From Bacilli bacterium (GTDB taxonomy: Bacteria; Bacillota_I; Bacilli_A; RFN20; UBA1709), in assembly GCA_050949315.1 (NCBI GenBank), contig JBMNFL010000001.1, positions 896,001-960,000 of the forward strand: a stretch of DNA of 64,000 nt, in the 5' to 3' direction. The notes beneath the pieces were generated by a model that made no database searches, had not been told where the DNA came from, and saw only the letters and a list, made by a program, of their open reading frames with translations. Position numbers and translations under genes: made by a program. Numbering within the stretch: position 1 is the stretch's first letter; every line of letters begins with the position of its first letter. This document shows positions 1 through 7,905 of the stretch, piece after piece.

Positions 1-101
1 ATTGCAAAAAGACATTCATGTCGTATTCCAGCCGTAAAAACCGTTTTTGTAGCAGAGATTGCTTTTATAAATTTAGAGCAGAGAAGTTTGCATTAGCTTG
101 A
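1..101 (+). CDS. 3' fragment of a Cys-rich (zinc-finger-like) element protein, truncated by the window edge
   Basis: Frame from nt 3 reads CKKTFMSYSSRKNRFCSRDCFYKFRAEKFALA-stop(TGA). The C...FCSxxC pattern is typical of proteins upstream of LSR pairs. Confidence 0.6.
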   Translation, partial: CKKTFMSYSSRKNRFCSRDCFYKFRAEKFALA

Positions 102-188
102 AAAATAATAAAAATAATCCCGGGAAAGGAGCGAGCCCATGCAGATTTTCGTTGTGAATTTGTGTGTACTGTACGCATGGGCATTATC

Positions 189-359
189 ATGCTGAATAAA
201 AATGAATTAATGAATGAAGCCAACTACCTGGCATCGGTAAAGATTGCTAAAGTGCTCCTGAATGCCGGTTTTGTGACTGAAGGGGAGTACAGCATAATAT
301 GCACAAAATTAAGAGCCGAATACCGGCCAATAATCTACAGTTTATTATCCGGAGAATGA
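189..359 (+). CDS. Small SHOCT-like protein of the recombinase module (start uncertain)
   Basis: NEANYLASVKIAKVLLNAGFVTEGEY resembles the SHOCT pattern (LLxxGxITxxEY). Lies directly upstream of the LSRs. Confidence 0.65.
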   Translation: MLNKNELMNEANYLASVKIAKVLLNAGFVTEGEYSIICTKLRAEYRPIIYSLLSGE

Positions 360-360
360 C

Positions 361-390
361 TTGCTATTTACTACTTATTGAGTTATATAT
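361..390 (+). promoter_or_regulatory. Putative sigma-A promoter for the recombinase genes
   Basis: TTGCTA-17 nt-TATATA, followed by RBS GGAAGGAG at 411-418 and ATG at 425. Confidence 0.45.
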
Positions 391-424
391 AGGACGACCC
401 ATAATATATAGGAAGGAGTTCTCC

Positions 425-1702
425 ATGAACATTGAGACCATTGAAGCTAAAACGGTGATACAGCCCAGGTGGAAACGAGTAGTTGCCTATGCGAGAGTTT
501 CAGTTGAAGACGAGCGATTGACACGTTCCCTGAAAGCCCAGATACAGCACTATAGCGACGTGATACCTGCCACCAAGGGCTGGAAGTTTGCCGGGGTTTA
601 TTCGGACGAATATATAACCGGAACAAAGAGTGAACGACCCGGTTTCCAGAAAATGATGGCTGACTGTGAAGCCGGCTCAATAGATATTATCCTTGTGAAA
701 TCCATATCACGACTTTCTAGAAATACGGTTGACCTGCTTGATACATGCAGGCGTTTGAAGAACCTGGGAATTGAGGTTCGATTTGAAAAAGAGAATATAA
801 GTACATTTACCTCAGATGGGGAGCTGATGTTAAGCCTGCTTGCATCCTTTGCCCAAGAGGAAAGCCGCTCAATATCCGAAAATGTGAAATGGGGCATCCA
901 TAAGGGCTTTGAGAAAGGCCACAGCACCCATTACAACGTTTACGGTTATCAATATAACGGAAAGGAATACAAGATTGTACCAGAGCAGGCTGAGGTGATA
1001 AAGCAAATCTACGCCGGTTTCCTTGCCGGAGGAACTGCTGAGCAGTTGGTTAAGCAGTTCAACACAAAAGGCATTCCCGGACCAAAAGGGGGGAGCTTTA
1101 ATGCCGGAGCGGTCCGTAGAATTCTCACCAACCTATGCTATACAGGCGATAGCCTTCTACAGCGGGAATACATTGAAAACCACATTACCCATAAACGAAA
1201 AAAGAACACCGGGGAGCTTGCCATGTATCTGGTCGAGGGCACTCACCCGGTGATTATTTCAAAAGAGACCTATGAGGCGGTACAGGCGGAGTTGGAGCGT
1301 CGAAAGGTCCTGGGTCGGGACTCGGAGTTCTACCAGCGTAACTGGTATACTCGAAAAATTTACTGTGGAGAGTGTGGCGCTACTATGCGGCACATGGACA
1401 AGGCTGCATTTAATGGCGGCCGACGTGCCGGAAGTTTTGTATGCCGGATAAAAGACCGGAAGGGAAGTGCATCCTGCTGTTCTGAGCGAATTTCAGAGAG
1501 GACATTCAAAACAATCACAGCTGAGGTTCTTGATATAGATGAGTTTACACCGGTAGACTTTACCGAAAAAGTAACTCGGGTGACGATTTACAAAGACCAC
1601 AGGATGGTTTATGAGCTTCCGGGCGGAGAACAGATTACTAAAACGTGGATTAAGGAGGGAAGACAGAGTGAAAAACGTAACAATAATACAGCCGAAGATT
1701 AA
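425..1702 (+). CDS. Large serine recombinase 1 (resolvase, recombinase and zinc-ribbon domains; short C-terminus)
   Basis: YARVS catalytic motif, SISRLSRN, AQEESRSISEN, CGECG...C zinc ribbon. RBS supports a start at 425 rather than 299. Confidence 0.92.
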   Translation: MNIETIEAKTVIQPRWKRVVAYARVSVEDERLTRSLKAQIQHYSDVIPATKGWKFAGVYSDEYITGTKSERPGFQKMMADCEAGSIDIILVKSISRLSRNTVDLLDTCRRLKNLGIEVRFEKENISTFTSDGELMLSLLASFAQEESRSISENVKWGIHKGFEKGHSTHYNVYGYQYNGKEYKIVPEQAEVIKQIYAGFLAGGTAEQLVKQFNTKGIPGPKGGSFNAGAVRRILTNLCYTGDSLLQREYIENHITHKRKKNTGELAMYLVEGTHPVIISKETYEAVQAELERRKVLGRDSEFYQRNWYTRKIYCGECGATMRHMDKAAFNGGRRAGSFVCRIKDRKGSASCCSERISERTFKTITAEVLDIDEFTPVDFTEKVTRVTIYKDHRMVYELPGGEQITKTWIKEGRQSEKRNNNTAED

Positions 1703-3218
1703 CCAATTAACAAAAGCAGTGGCAGAGCAGAAACAACTCAGACGGGTTGCCGGATATGCACGCGTATCAACCGACCGGGATGAGCAGTTCACAAGCTACG
1801 AGGCCCAGGTTGATTATTATACCAGATACATTAATGAGCATGAAGGCTGGACCTTTGTAAAGGTTTATACTGACGAAGGTTTGACCGGTACCAGCACCAA
1901 GCGACGCGTCGGCTTCAACGAGATGGTTCGGGACGCACTGGACGGAAAGATTGATTTGATAGTCACTAAGTCAGTCAGCCGGTTTGCAAGAAACACGGTA
2001 GACAGCTTGGTTACCATCCGCAAGCTTAAAGAAGTTGGCTGCGAGTGTTATTTTGAGAAAGAAAATATTTATACATTTGACGGAAAAGGTGAATTACTGC
2101 TGACTATCATGAGTTCCCTGGCACAAGAGGAAAGCCGGTCGATTTCTCAGAACGTCTCTTGGGGTATGAGAGAGAGCATGCGCCAGGGTAAGGCTTATGT
2201 TCCATACAGCATTTTCCTTGGTTATGACAGGGGAGAGAATGGCGAGATGGTCATAAACACTGAGCAGGCAGTGATTGTCCGCCGTATTTACGGAATGTAC
2301 CTGCAGGGCCTTAGCCCTAACCGTATTTGCAAGATACTGACCGATGAGAAGATTCCATCTCCGGGCGGCAAAGATAAATGGTTCATTACTACGTTGAACA
2401 GCATTCTCACAAACGAAAAGTACAAGGGCGATGCGCTTCGTCAGAAGACCTACACAAAGGATTTTCTTTCCAAACAGAAAATCAAGAACGACGGAGACAT
2501 GCAGCAGTATTATATCACTGACCACCATGAGGCTATTATCCCGCCGGAGATTTTTGACCGTGTAAAGCGCGAGATGAAACGCCGTGGTACTTTGGGAGAG
2601 AGGCGTTCCGGTGGTCAGCTGTTTTCACAGAAAATAAAATGTGCTGACTGCGGTTCCTGTTTTGGACCTAAGACTTGGCACCCCCACACTAATTACACCA
2701 AAATCATCTGGATATGCAATGACAAGTACAAGAAAACAAAGAAGAAGTGCTCCACACCTCATTTCTACGAGGATGAGTTAAAGGCCATCTTCGTTTCCGC
2801 GCTGAACCAGCTTATAACCGACAAGAAGAGGATTATATCGGTTTTCGATGCTATCAAGGATACGGTTTTCGGAGTTCAAGGTTTTAAAGCTGAAGCAAGC
2901 AGCCTAAACAGCGAAATTAAGGTAGTTGCCGGCTTGGTCGCGGAAGCTCAGGATGCCGGGAACGAAGGAACGATAGACGGACTGCTTAAAAGGTATAAAA
3001 TTGCGCAGACCAGGCTGGAAGAGGTCCAGAAGGAAATGGAGGACCGTCTCCTTAGGAAGTCTGAGGTAGACGGCTTTATCCGGAAGCTGCATGCCCAGGA
3101 GTCATTCATCACAGAGTTTGACGAGGACCTCTGGTACACCTTGGTAGATTATATGACTGTCTACGCAAAGAACGACGTTCGGGTGACCTTTAAGGACGGA
3201 ACAGAGATAAAGGCGTAA
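1668..3218 (+). CDS. Large serine recombinase 2 (with zinc ribbon and coiled coil)
   Basis: GYARVSTD, SVSRFARN, CADCG...C...C zinc ribbon, C-terminal coiled coil. GTG at 1668 follows RBS AAGGAGG; overlaps LSR1. Confidence 0.93.
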   Translation: MKNVTIIQPKINQLTKAVAEQKQLRRVAGYARVSTDRDEQFTSYEAQVDYYTRYINEHEGWTFVKVYTDEGLTGTSTKRRVGFNEMVRDALDGKIDLIVTKSVSRFARNTVDSLVTIRKLKEVGCECYFEKENIYTFDGKGELLLTIMSSLAQEESRSISQNVSWGMRESMRQGKAYVPYSIFLGYDRGENGEMVINTEQAVIVRRIYGMYLQGLSPNRICKILTDEKIPSPGGKDKWFITTLNSILTNEKYKGDALRQKTYTKDFLSKQKIKNDGDMQQYYITDHHEAIIPPEIFDRVKREMKRRGTLGERRSGGQLFSQKIKCADCGSCFGPKTWHPHTNYTKIIWICNDKYKKTKKKCSTPHFYEDELKAIFVSALNQLITDKKRIISVFDAIKDTVFGVQGFKAEASSLNSEIKVVAGLVAEAQDAGNEGTIDGLLKRYKIAQTRLEEVQKEMEDRLLRKSEVDGFIRKLHAQESFITEFDEDLWYTLVDYMTVYAKNDVRVTFKDGTEIKA

Positions 3219-3490
3219 TTCGTATGCTGCTTTATAGATGCTTTTAGAAGCAGAACTGTACACACCCGCACAAGCAGCGGTAGGTGTGGAACTGCGACAA
3301 GATAACCACTTGCCACTGCATAGTTATGTGGATTTTACCGCTAAACCTCCGTAAAATTGGCAAGGTTTTTTGCATCCTTTTTGAATTTATGCTGTTTTTT
3401 ATCCCTGCAAAACTTGTAGAAATATATTTTGAAAAAATTGCCTTTGTTCAATAGGCATTATTTAAGCGTAGAAAATAATGCTTTTAAACA

Positions 3491-3534
3491 AAAAAAGAAT
3501 GTAGCATACTTATAAAAATGCTATATTCTTTTTT
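3491..3534. terminator. 17-bp inverted repeat; probable bidirectional terminator near the element end
   Basis: AAAAAAGAATGTAGCAT-10 nt-ATGCTATATTCTTTTTT, with one G-U pair. Confidence 0.65.
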
Positions 3535-3562
3535 AACATGGTGTTGAAAGGATGGAAGATAA

Positions 3563-3638
3563 TACACCCTGTCAATAAACTAAATCGACACCCTGTTTTG
3601 AAAAGTGACACCTACTTAAAAAATAGACACCGACACCA
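3563..3638 (+). repeat. Five short (G/T)ACACC direct repeats just inside the inferred right att site
   Basis: ACACC at 3564, 3588, 3608, 3627 and 3633; the first two extend to ACACCCTGT. Confidence 0.55.
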
Positions 3639-3686
3639 ACGTTTTTATAAAAATCGTTTTCAAGCATCAAAATCGATAGTACCTTT

Positions 3687-4361
3687 TTCTCAATGAACTC
3701 AACTGTCACAGCCACCAATATGAAAGTTAAAGTAAAAACCACACATCACTTACAGATTAAAGAAGCTCTCGAGGGTACATACGGTGAAGAAGTTGATTTT
3801 GATGATACCGCAACAGCATATGTCCCAACCTCCTGCGATAACACTAACGAAACCTTAAAATGGTATAAGGTTAAGAATTATACTGGTATCAGTTATACAG
3901 AAGGAACTTATCACGTAGATAACACAAGATTTGAAGAAGCTAGCGCTGGCGATTATTACAAAAAATCAGTAAAAATTAAATCGGTTTCTGCTGATGCTGG
4001 TAATTTAGTAGCACTTTTTAATGTTACAGGGGATGACGAACATGCTGTTTCACCATCTTTGAGAGTTATGTTAGTATATGGAGCTAGCGTAAAATATATT
4101 TATACCCCTACTGGTGTTAGAGATTCATATAAGGCTATTAAAAATCTTAAAGAAGTAGATAAAGCAGAAGAGGGTGAAACCATAGTTGTTAGCGGTGATA
4201 CAAGCGTCTTAATTAGCGAATTAACTGCTGATCAAGAGTATACAATTGATATTTATATCTGGTATGAAGGTCAAGATACTGCTGCCTGTCAATCAGAAAA
4301 TATGGAAGCTGGCGCAACTACTGGGTTAACTGTTGGTATTTCATTCGTTGTTGATGACTAA
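3687..4361 (+). pseudogene. 5'-truncated SipW-class (TasA/camelysin-like) secreted protein; signal peptide missing (ORF 3693-4361)
   Basis: FSMNSTVTATNMKVKV is identical to the region after TYAW in the downstream paralogue. In-frame TAA at 3648, with no hydrophobic leader or RBS. Shares PTSCD, WYKVKNxTGI and YIWxEGQD motifs with the paralogue. Confidence 0.75.
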
Positions 4362-5136
4362 TGATAAAAAAGTTAAAAAATTATTTGCCGCTGTTGCAAC
4401 ATTAGGTTTAGCGCTTGCCGCTACGGTCGGATCAACCTATGCCTGGTTTTCTATGAACTCAACTGTAACGGCAACTAATATGAAAGTTAAAGTGGAAGCT
4501 CAGAAAAACTTATTAATTACCACGACATCTGGGAGTTATGTTGGCGGTCCAACAACCGTTGATCTTTCAATAGATAAAGATACTTTAGTCCCCACGTCTT
4601 GTGATGCCACTCAACCAAGCTTGAACTGGTATAAGGTTAAAAATTCTACTGGTATTAATTTTTCATCAGGAGCAAAGGGTGATGATACTACTTTTCAAAC
4701 GGCCTCAGCGACTGAAGGAGACTATGTAAAAACAACATTCTATATCAAATCAGTTGGCGAAGGTGCTGAAAGTTTAAGGGCTGCTGTTTCAGTAATGGCA
4801 GGAGGGGGAGGAACCCATATAGTTGATAGAGCTTATCGCGTTTTAGTTGTTGTCGATGCTGAAGGTGCTAGTAGAAAAGTTTATGCTCCAATTGCAGGTC
4901 ATTCAACAGGGTATTACACTATTAAAGGTGTTGATGTCAATGATAAGCCACAAATGAGTACGGGAACAGTTACTCCCGATGTAGCGGATAATGTTATTTT
5001 GGCAGAATTAGAGGCTGACACCGAATATACAGTGGATGTTTATATTTGGTGTGAGGGTCAAGATGACGCTTGTACATCTCTAAACGCTGTAAGTCTAACA
5101 CCAACAACCTTCCAAATTGCCTTAACTGTTGAATAA
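4354..5136 (+). CDS. SipW-dependent signal-peptide protein (TasA/camelysin-like putative fibre subunit)
   Basis: KKVKK + hydrophobic core + GSTYAWF is a SipW-class signal peptide. Beta-rich mature part. ATG at 4354 overlaps the end of the upstream paralogue. Confidence 0.82.
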   Translation: MTNDKKVKKLFAAVATLGLALAATVGSTYAWFSMNSTVTATNMKVKVEAQKNLLITTTSGSYVGGPTTVDLSIDKDTLVPTSCDATQPSLNWYKVKNSTGINFSSGAKGDDTTFQTASATEGDYVKTTFYIKSVGEGAESLRAAVSVMAGGGGTHIVDRAYRVLVVVDAEGASRKVYAPIAGHSTGYYTIKGVDVNDKPQMSTGTVTPDVADNVILAELEADTEYTVDVYIWCEGQDDACTSLNAVSLTPTTFQIALTVE

Positions 5137-5152
5137 GAAGAACAAAATTTAT

Positions 5153-5186
5153 AAGGGGTTTTACGGAGCCGCAAAGCCCCTTTTTC
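5153..5186 (+). terminator. Intrinsic terminator after the fibre-subunit genes
   Basis: AAGGGGTTTT...AAAGCCCCTT stem followed by a T-tract. Confidence 0.7.
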
Positions 5187-5199
5187 TTAAAAGTTTATT

Positions 5200-5270
5200 A
5201 ATTTAGCAAAACCATGGAAACATGGTGACGCAAAGCTATAGGGTCTAAATAGACAGCCAGTTGCAAATTT
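5200..5270 (+). ncRNA. c-di-GMP-I (GEMM) riboswitch aptamer
   Basis: AGCAAA-ACCATG-GAAA-CATGGT-GACGCAAAGCTATAGGGTCTAAA...CAGCCAGTTGC matches the class I consensus: GCAAA, GAAA tetraloop, GACGCAAAGC, CTAA receptor. Confidence 0.92.
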
Positions 5271-5297
5271 CTTTGTCGCTGGCTGTTTCTGTCTTTT
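5253..5297 (+). terminator. Riboswitch expression platform; terminator overlapping the aptamer 3' strand
   Basis: ACAGCCAG (5253-5260) pairs with CTGGCTGT (5279-5286), followed by TTCTGTCTTTT. Confidence 0.7.
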
Positions 5298-5375
5298 AGG
5301 AAGGTAAAAGCCCAAATGATACCGTATTTTCTAGTCAAAAGTTCATTTATAAACGCGTTTGACTAATAAAAATTA

Positions 5376-5405
5376 TAGACAAGGGCGTTTTAACTATACT
5401 ATAAT
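5376..5405 (+). promoter_or_regulatory. Putative sigma-A promoter upstream of the first sipW
   Basis: TAGACA-18 nt-TATAAT. Confidence 0.5.
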
Positions 5406-5458
5406 AAGTTTTAGCGAAAGAATTAATAAGTAGCAACTTATTAAAATGAGGTATCAAA

Positions 5459-6223
5459 ATGGAAAAGAAAGCAACAGGAAAAAAAGTTGGGCGTATAATT
5501 GGCAATATCGTTTTTGTTTTATTTCTAGTTTTAATTCTCTTTATTGCCATCACAAACTTGAAAGCCAAATCCAATCATGGAATTCCCAATATCTTTGGTA
5601 AAGGCTTTTTAGAAGTTGCGTCTGACTCAATGAATGGCGATAAGCCCGATTCATTTAAAAAAGGCGACTTAGTAGTCGTTGACGTCGTAGATCTAAACGA
5701 TTCTCGGGTGAAAGAATTAAAAGTTGATGACATCATAACTTATTATGACACTGGTGAAGCTAAAATAATTTCACACCGAATTATTGAAGTAAAAGGTACA
5801 GCGAACATACCAGTATATGTTGTCAAGGGTGACTCGCCCGATGCTGTTAAGACCACAGAGGTTAACTACACTAGCGTTATGGCAATTTATAACCATAAAG
5901 TTGCCGGCTTAGGAACTGTCGTTGGTTGGTTTTCCACGCCGACTGGTTTCTTTATCATCGTCGTCTTACCCTGTGTGGCCTTCTTAGTTTATGAAATTTA
6001 TCATTTTGTCAAGACTTTGACTGCTTATAATAAAGAGAAAAATAAAGGGGCCAGTAAGGAAGTTGAAACTGAACAACTGGTGGCCCTTAGAAAAGAGGCG
6101 CTGGAGGATCTAGTTAAATCTGGAGTCTTGAGTACTGAAGAGGCTGAAACAAAATTGAAGGAATATCAAGATAGTTTAAGTCAGACTGAAGTTGAAGAAG
6201 TCAAAGAAGAAAATAAAGAATAA
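5459..6223 (+). CDS. sipW: Signal peptidase I, SipW/archaeal-ER type (S26B)
   Basis: N-terminal TM, VASDSM (catalytic Ser), GDLVVV, ISHRII (His), KGD, second TM and a charged tail. Confidence 0.87.
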   Translation: MEKKATGKKVGRIIGNIVFVLFLVLILFIAITNLKAKSNHGIPNIFGKGFLEVASDSMNGDKPDSFKKGDLVVVDVVDLNDSRVKELKVDDIITYYDTGEAKIISHRIIEVKGTANIPVYVVKGDSPDAVKTTEVNYTSVMAIYNHKVAGLGTVVGWFSTPTGFFIIVVLPCVAFLVYEIYHFVKTLTAYNKEKNKGASKEVETEQLVALRKEALEDLVKSGVLSTEEAETKLKEYQDSLSQTEVEEVKEENKE

Positions 6224-6270
6224 CAAGAAAGGGTAAGCAATTGCCCTTTCTAAATGAAGGGGTTGGTCTA

Positions 6271-7890
6271 ATGGACGGTATTAATAGATTCGCACAATAT
6301 TTCATGGATTTTTGTTCTAATGTTTGGGAACAAATTAAGAGTTTTTTTGTTGCCTTTTATAATATTGTAGCGGATGTCTTAGTTCGCAATCACATTTCTA
6401 ATTTTCGTATAATCGGGGAATATGCTGATAAGTTCACCGTTTTATCTTGGATTTTATTTGTGTTTATTGAAGCGCTTATTTGCGCCTTTTTAGTTTTATT
6501 AGTTTGGAAGATTGTCCAATTATTGAGTCGTTGGCTCAAGTTTAGACGCAAAGAAGTTGACAAAGAAGATCTTCTAATTGAAATCGCCAAATTAAAAACG
6601 CAAGTAGTCAAAGTTACTAGAGAAAAGGATCGCATTCTTTCTTTACAACTCGGCAGTGGGGGAGGACTTGTCGATACTGAGAGTTTAAATCTTGGTCCTA
6701 GTTTAGTTCCCTCAACAGCCCTAGACACGATTCCGGATACTACAGAAATTGTTAGCACCACTGAAAGCAAGGATGAATTAGCGCAGGTTGTTAGCGATTC
6801 GCGCTTCTCAAAACTAATTTTAGTTGATGAAAAATATAAAAATGGTAATTATGTTGTGACCATGACGGCGGAGGATATGGTTGGTTTACCAGAACTGGTT
6901 GCCCGCTTTGTCAACTATTCAGCCTCACAACACAAGTTATTCTATACCCCTAAGACCATTTCTAAATATGTGGCGGGGTTAGCTACTTCTAAGATTATTA
7001 TTCTTGAAGGTATCTCGGGTACAGGTAAAACCTCTTTACCCTATGCCTTCTCCCGTTTCCTTAAGAATCAAGCGGTTATTGTTTCTGTTCAGCCTTCTTG
7101 GCGTGATCGGACTGAGATTTTAGGTTATCTTAACGAATTCACTAAGAAATTTAATGAGACCGATTTCTTAAAAGCCGTTTATGAGGTTTCTTATCGTGAG
7201 GATGTTAACACTATCGTGCTTGATGAATTGAATTTAGCCCGTATTGAGTATTATTTCGCTGAGTTCCTTTCGGTGATGGAAATGCCGGATATCTCTGAGT
7301 GGAAGCTAGATTTAGTACCCACTCAACTACCTGGAGATCCCAAGCACTTAAATGGTGGCAAACTTTTAATTCCCCAAAATGTTTGGTATGTAGGAACGGC
7401 TAACCGTGATGACTCCACCTTTACGATTACCGATAAGGTCTATGATAGAGCCATCACCATCTATCTTAATGAGAGAGCGAAATACTTTGATGCGCCCTAT
7501 ACTGAGCCGGTTAATATCTCCTATGATTATTTAGAAAAGCTCTTTAGTATGGCGGCTGAGAAACATCCGATTTCTTTAAAGGCTCTTCAAAATCTTGATA
7601 AGATTGATGTCTTTATTCAGGATAATTTCAAGATTGCTTTTGGTAACCGTATTCTCAAACAGATTAGAATCTTTGTTCCTGTCTATGTTGCCTGTGGCAA
7701 TACCGAGACTGAGGGACTTGACTTTATGATCTGTACCAAAATCCTTAAAAAGTTTGAGGCCTTAAACCTTCCGTTCTTACGCAAAGAGTTAGAAGAGTTA
7801 ATTTCCTTAATTCAAAAATTATTTGGCAAAGACGCCTTCACCGAATCAATTGCCTATCTGCGCGATTTATTGAAGATGGCGGGCGCTTAG
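6271..7890 (+). CDS. Membrane-anchored McrB-family AAA+ NTPase
   Basis: N-terminal hydrophobic helix then coiled coil. Walker A GISGTGKT, VQPSW, Walker B VLDELNLAR, GTANRDD (McrB NxxD signature), YDRA. RBS supports ATG at 6271. Confidence 0.85.
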   Translation: MDGINRFAQYFMDFCSNVWEQIKSFFVAFYNIVADVLVRNHISNFRIIGEYADKFTVLSWILFVFIEALICAFLVLLVWKIVQLLSRWLKFRRKEVDKEDLLIEIAKLKTQVVKVTREKDRILSLQLGSGGGLVDTESLNLGPSLVPSTALDTIPDTTEIVSTTESKDELAQVVSDSRFSKLILVDEKYKNGNYVVTMTAEDMVGLPELVARFVNYSASQHKLFYTPKTISKYVAGLATSKIIILEGISGTGKTSLPYAFSRFLKNQAVIVSVQPSWRDRTEILGYLNEFTKKFNETDFLKAVYEVSYREDVNTIVLDELNLARIEYYFAEFLSVMEMPDISEWKLDLVPTQLPGDPKHLNGGKLLIPQNVWYVGTANRDDSTFTITDKVYDRAITIYLNERAKYFDAPYTEPVNISYDYLEKLFSMAAEKHPISLKALQNLDKIDVFIQDNFKIAFGNRILKQIRIFVPVYVACGNTETEGLDFMICTKILKKFEALNLPFLRKELEELISLIQKLFGKDAFTESIAYLRDLLKMAGA

Positions 7891-7905
7891 TTGGGGTGCG
7901 TTTAA

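Larger units (their letters stand above)
1..3686. mobile_element. Right end of an integrated element (ICE/IME/prophage-like) with a tandem large serine recombinase module; right junction inferred at about 3678-3690
   Basis: Two LSR genes plus the small upstream ORFs typical of Bacillota LSR modules. Coding part is visibly more GC-rich than the host genes. Host-like coding sequence resumes abruptly at about 3687, inside a gene lacking its 5' end. Confidence 0.8.

Noticed and set aside
299-424. N-terminal extension of LSR1 in the ORF track (likewise the 1611, 4333, 6241, 9551 and 50546 starts)
   Set aside because: RBS positions, gene overlaps and domain boundaries support the downstream starts.
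3563-3638. CRISPR array
   Set aside because: Repeats are only 5-9 nt with irregular spacing, and there are no cas genes. No CRISPR array was seen anywhere in the window.
3687-4494. Shufflon or gene-conversion cassette based on the 48-nt repeat next to recombinases
   Set aside because: Only two direct copies, and all differences are synonymous. This fits protein-level selection rather than a DNA recombination site.
5316-5366. 16-codon ORF after the c-di-GMP riboswitch
   Set aside because: AGGAAGG lies about 12 nt from the ATG and the peptide has no recognisable features; support is insufficient.
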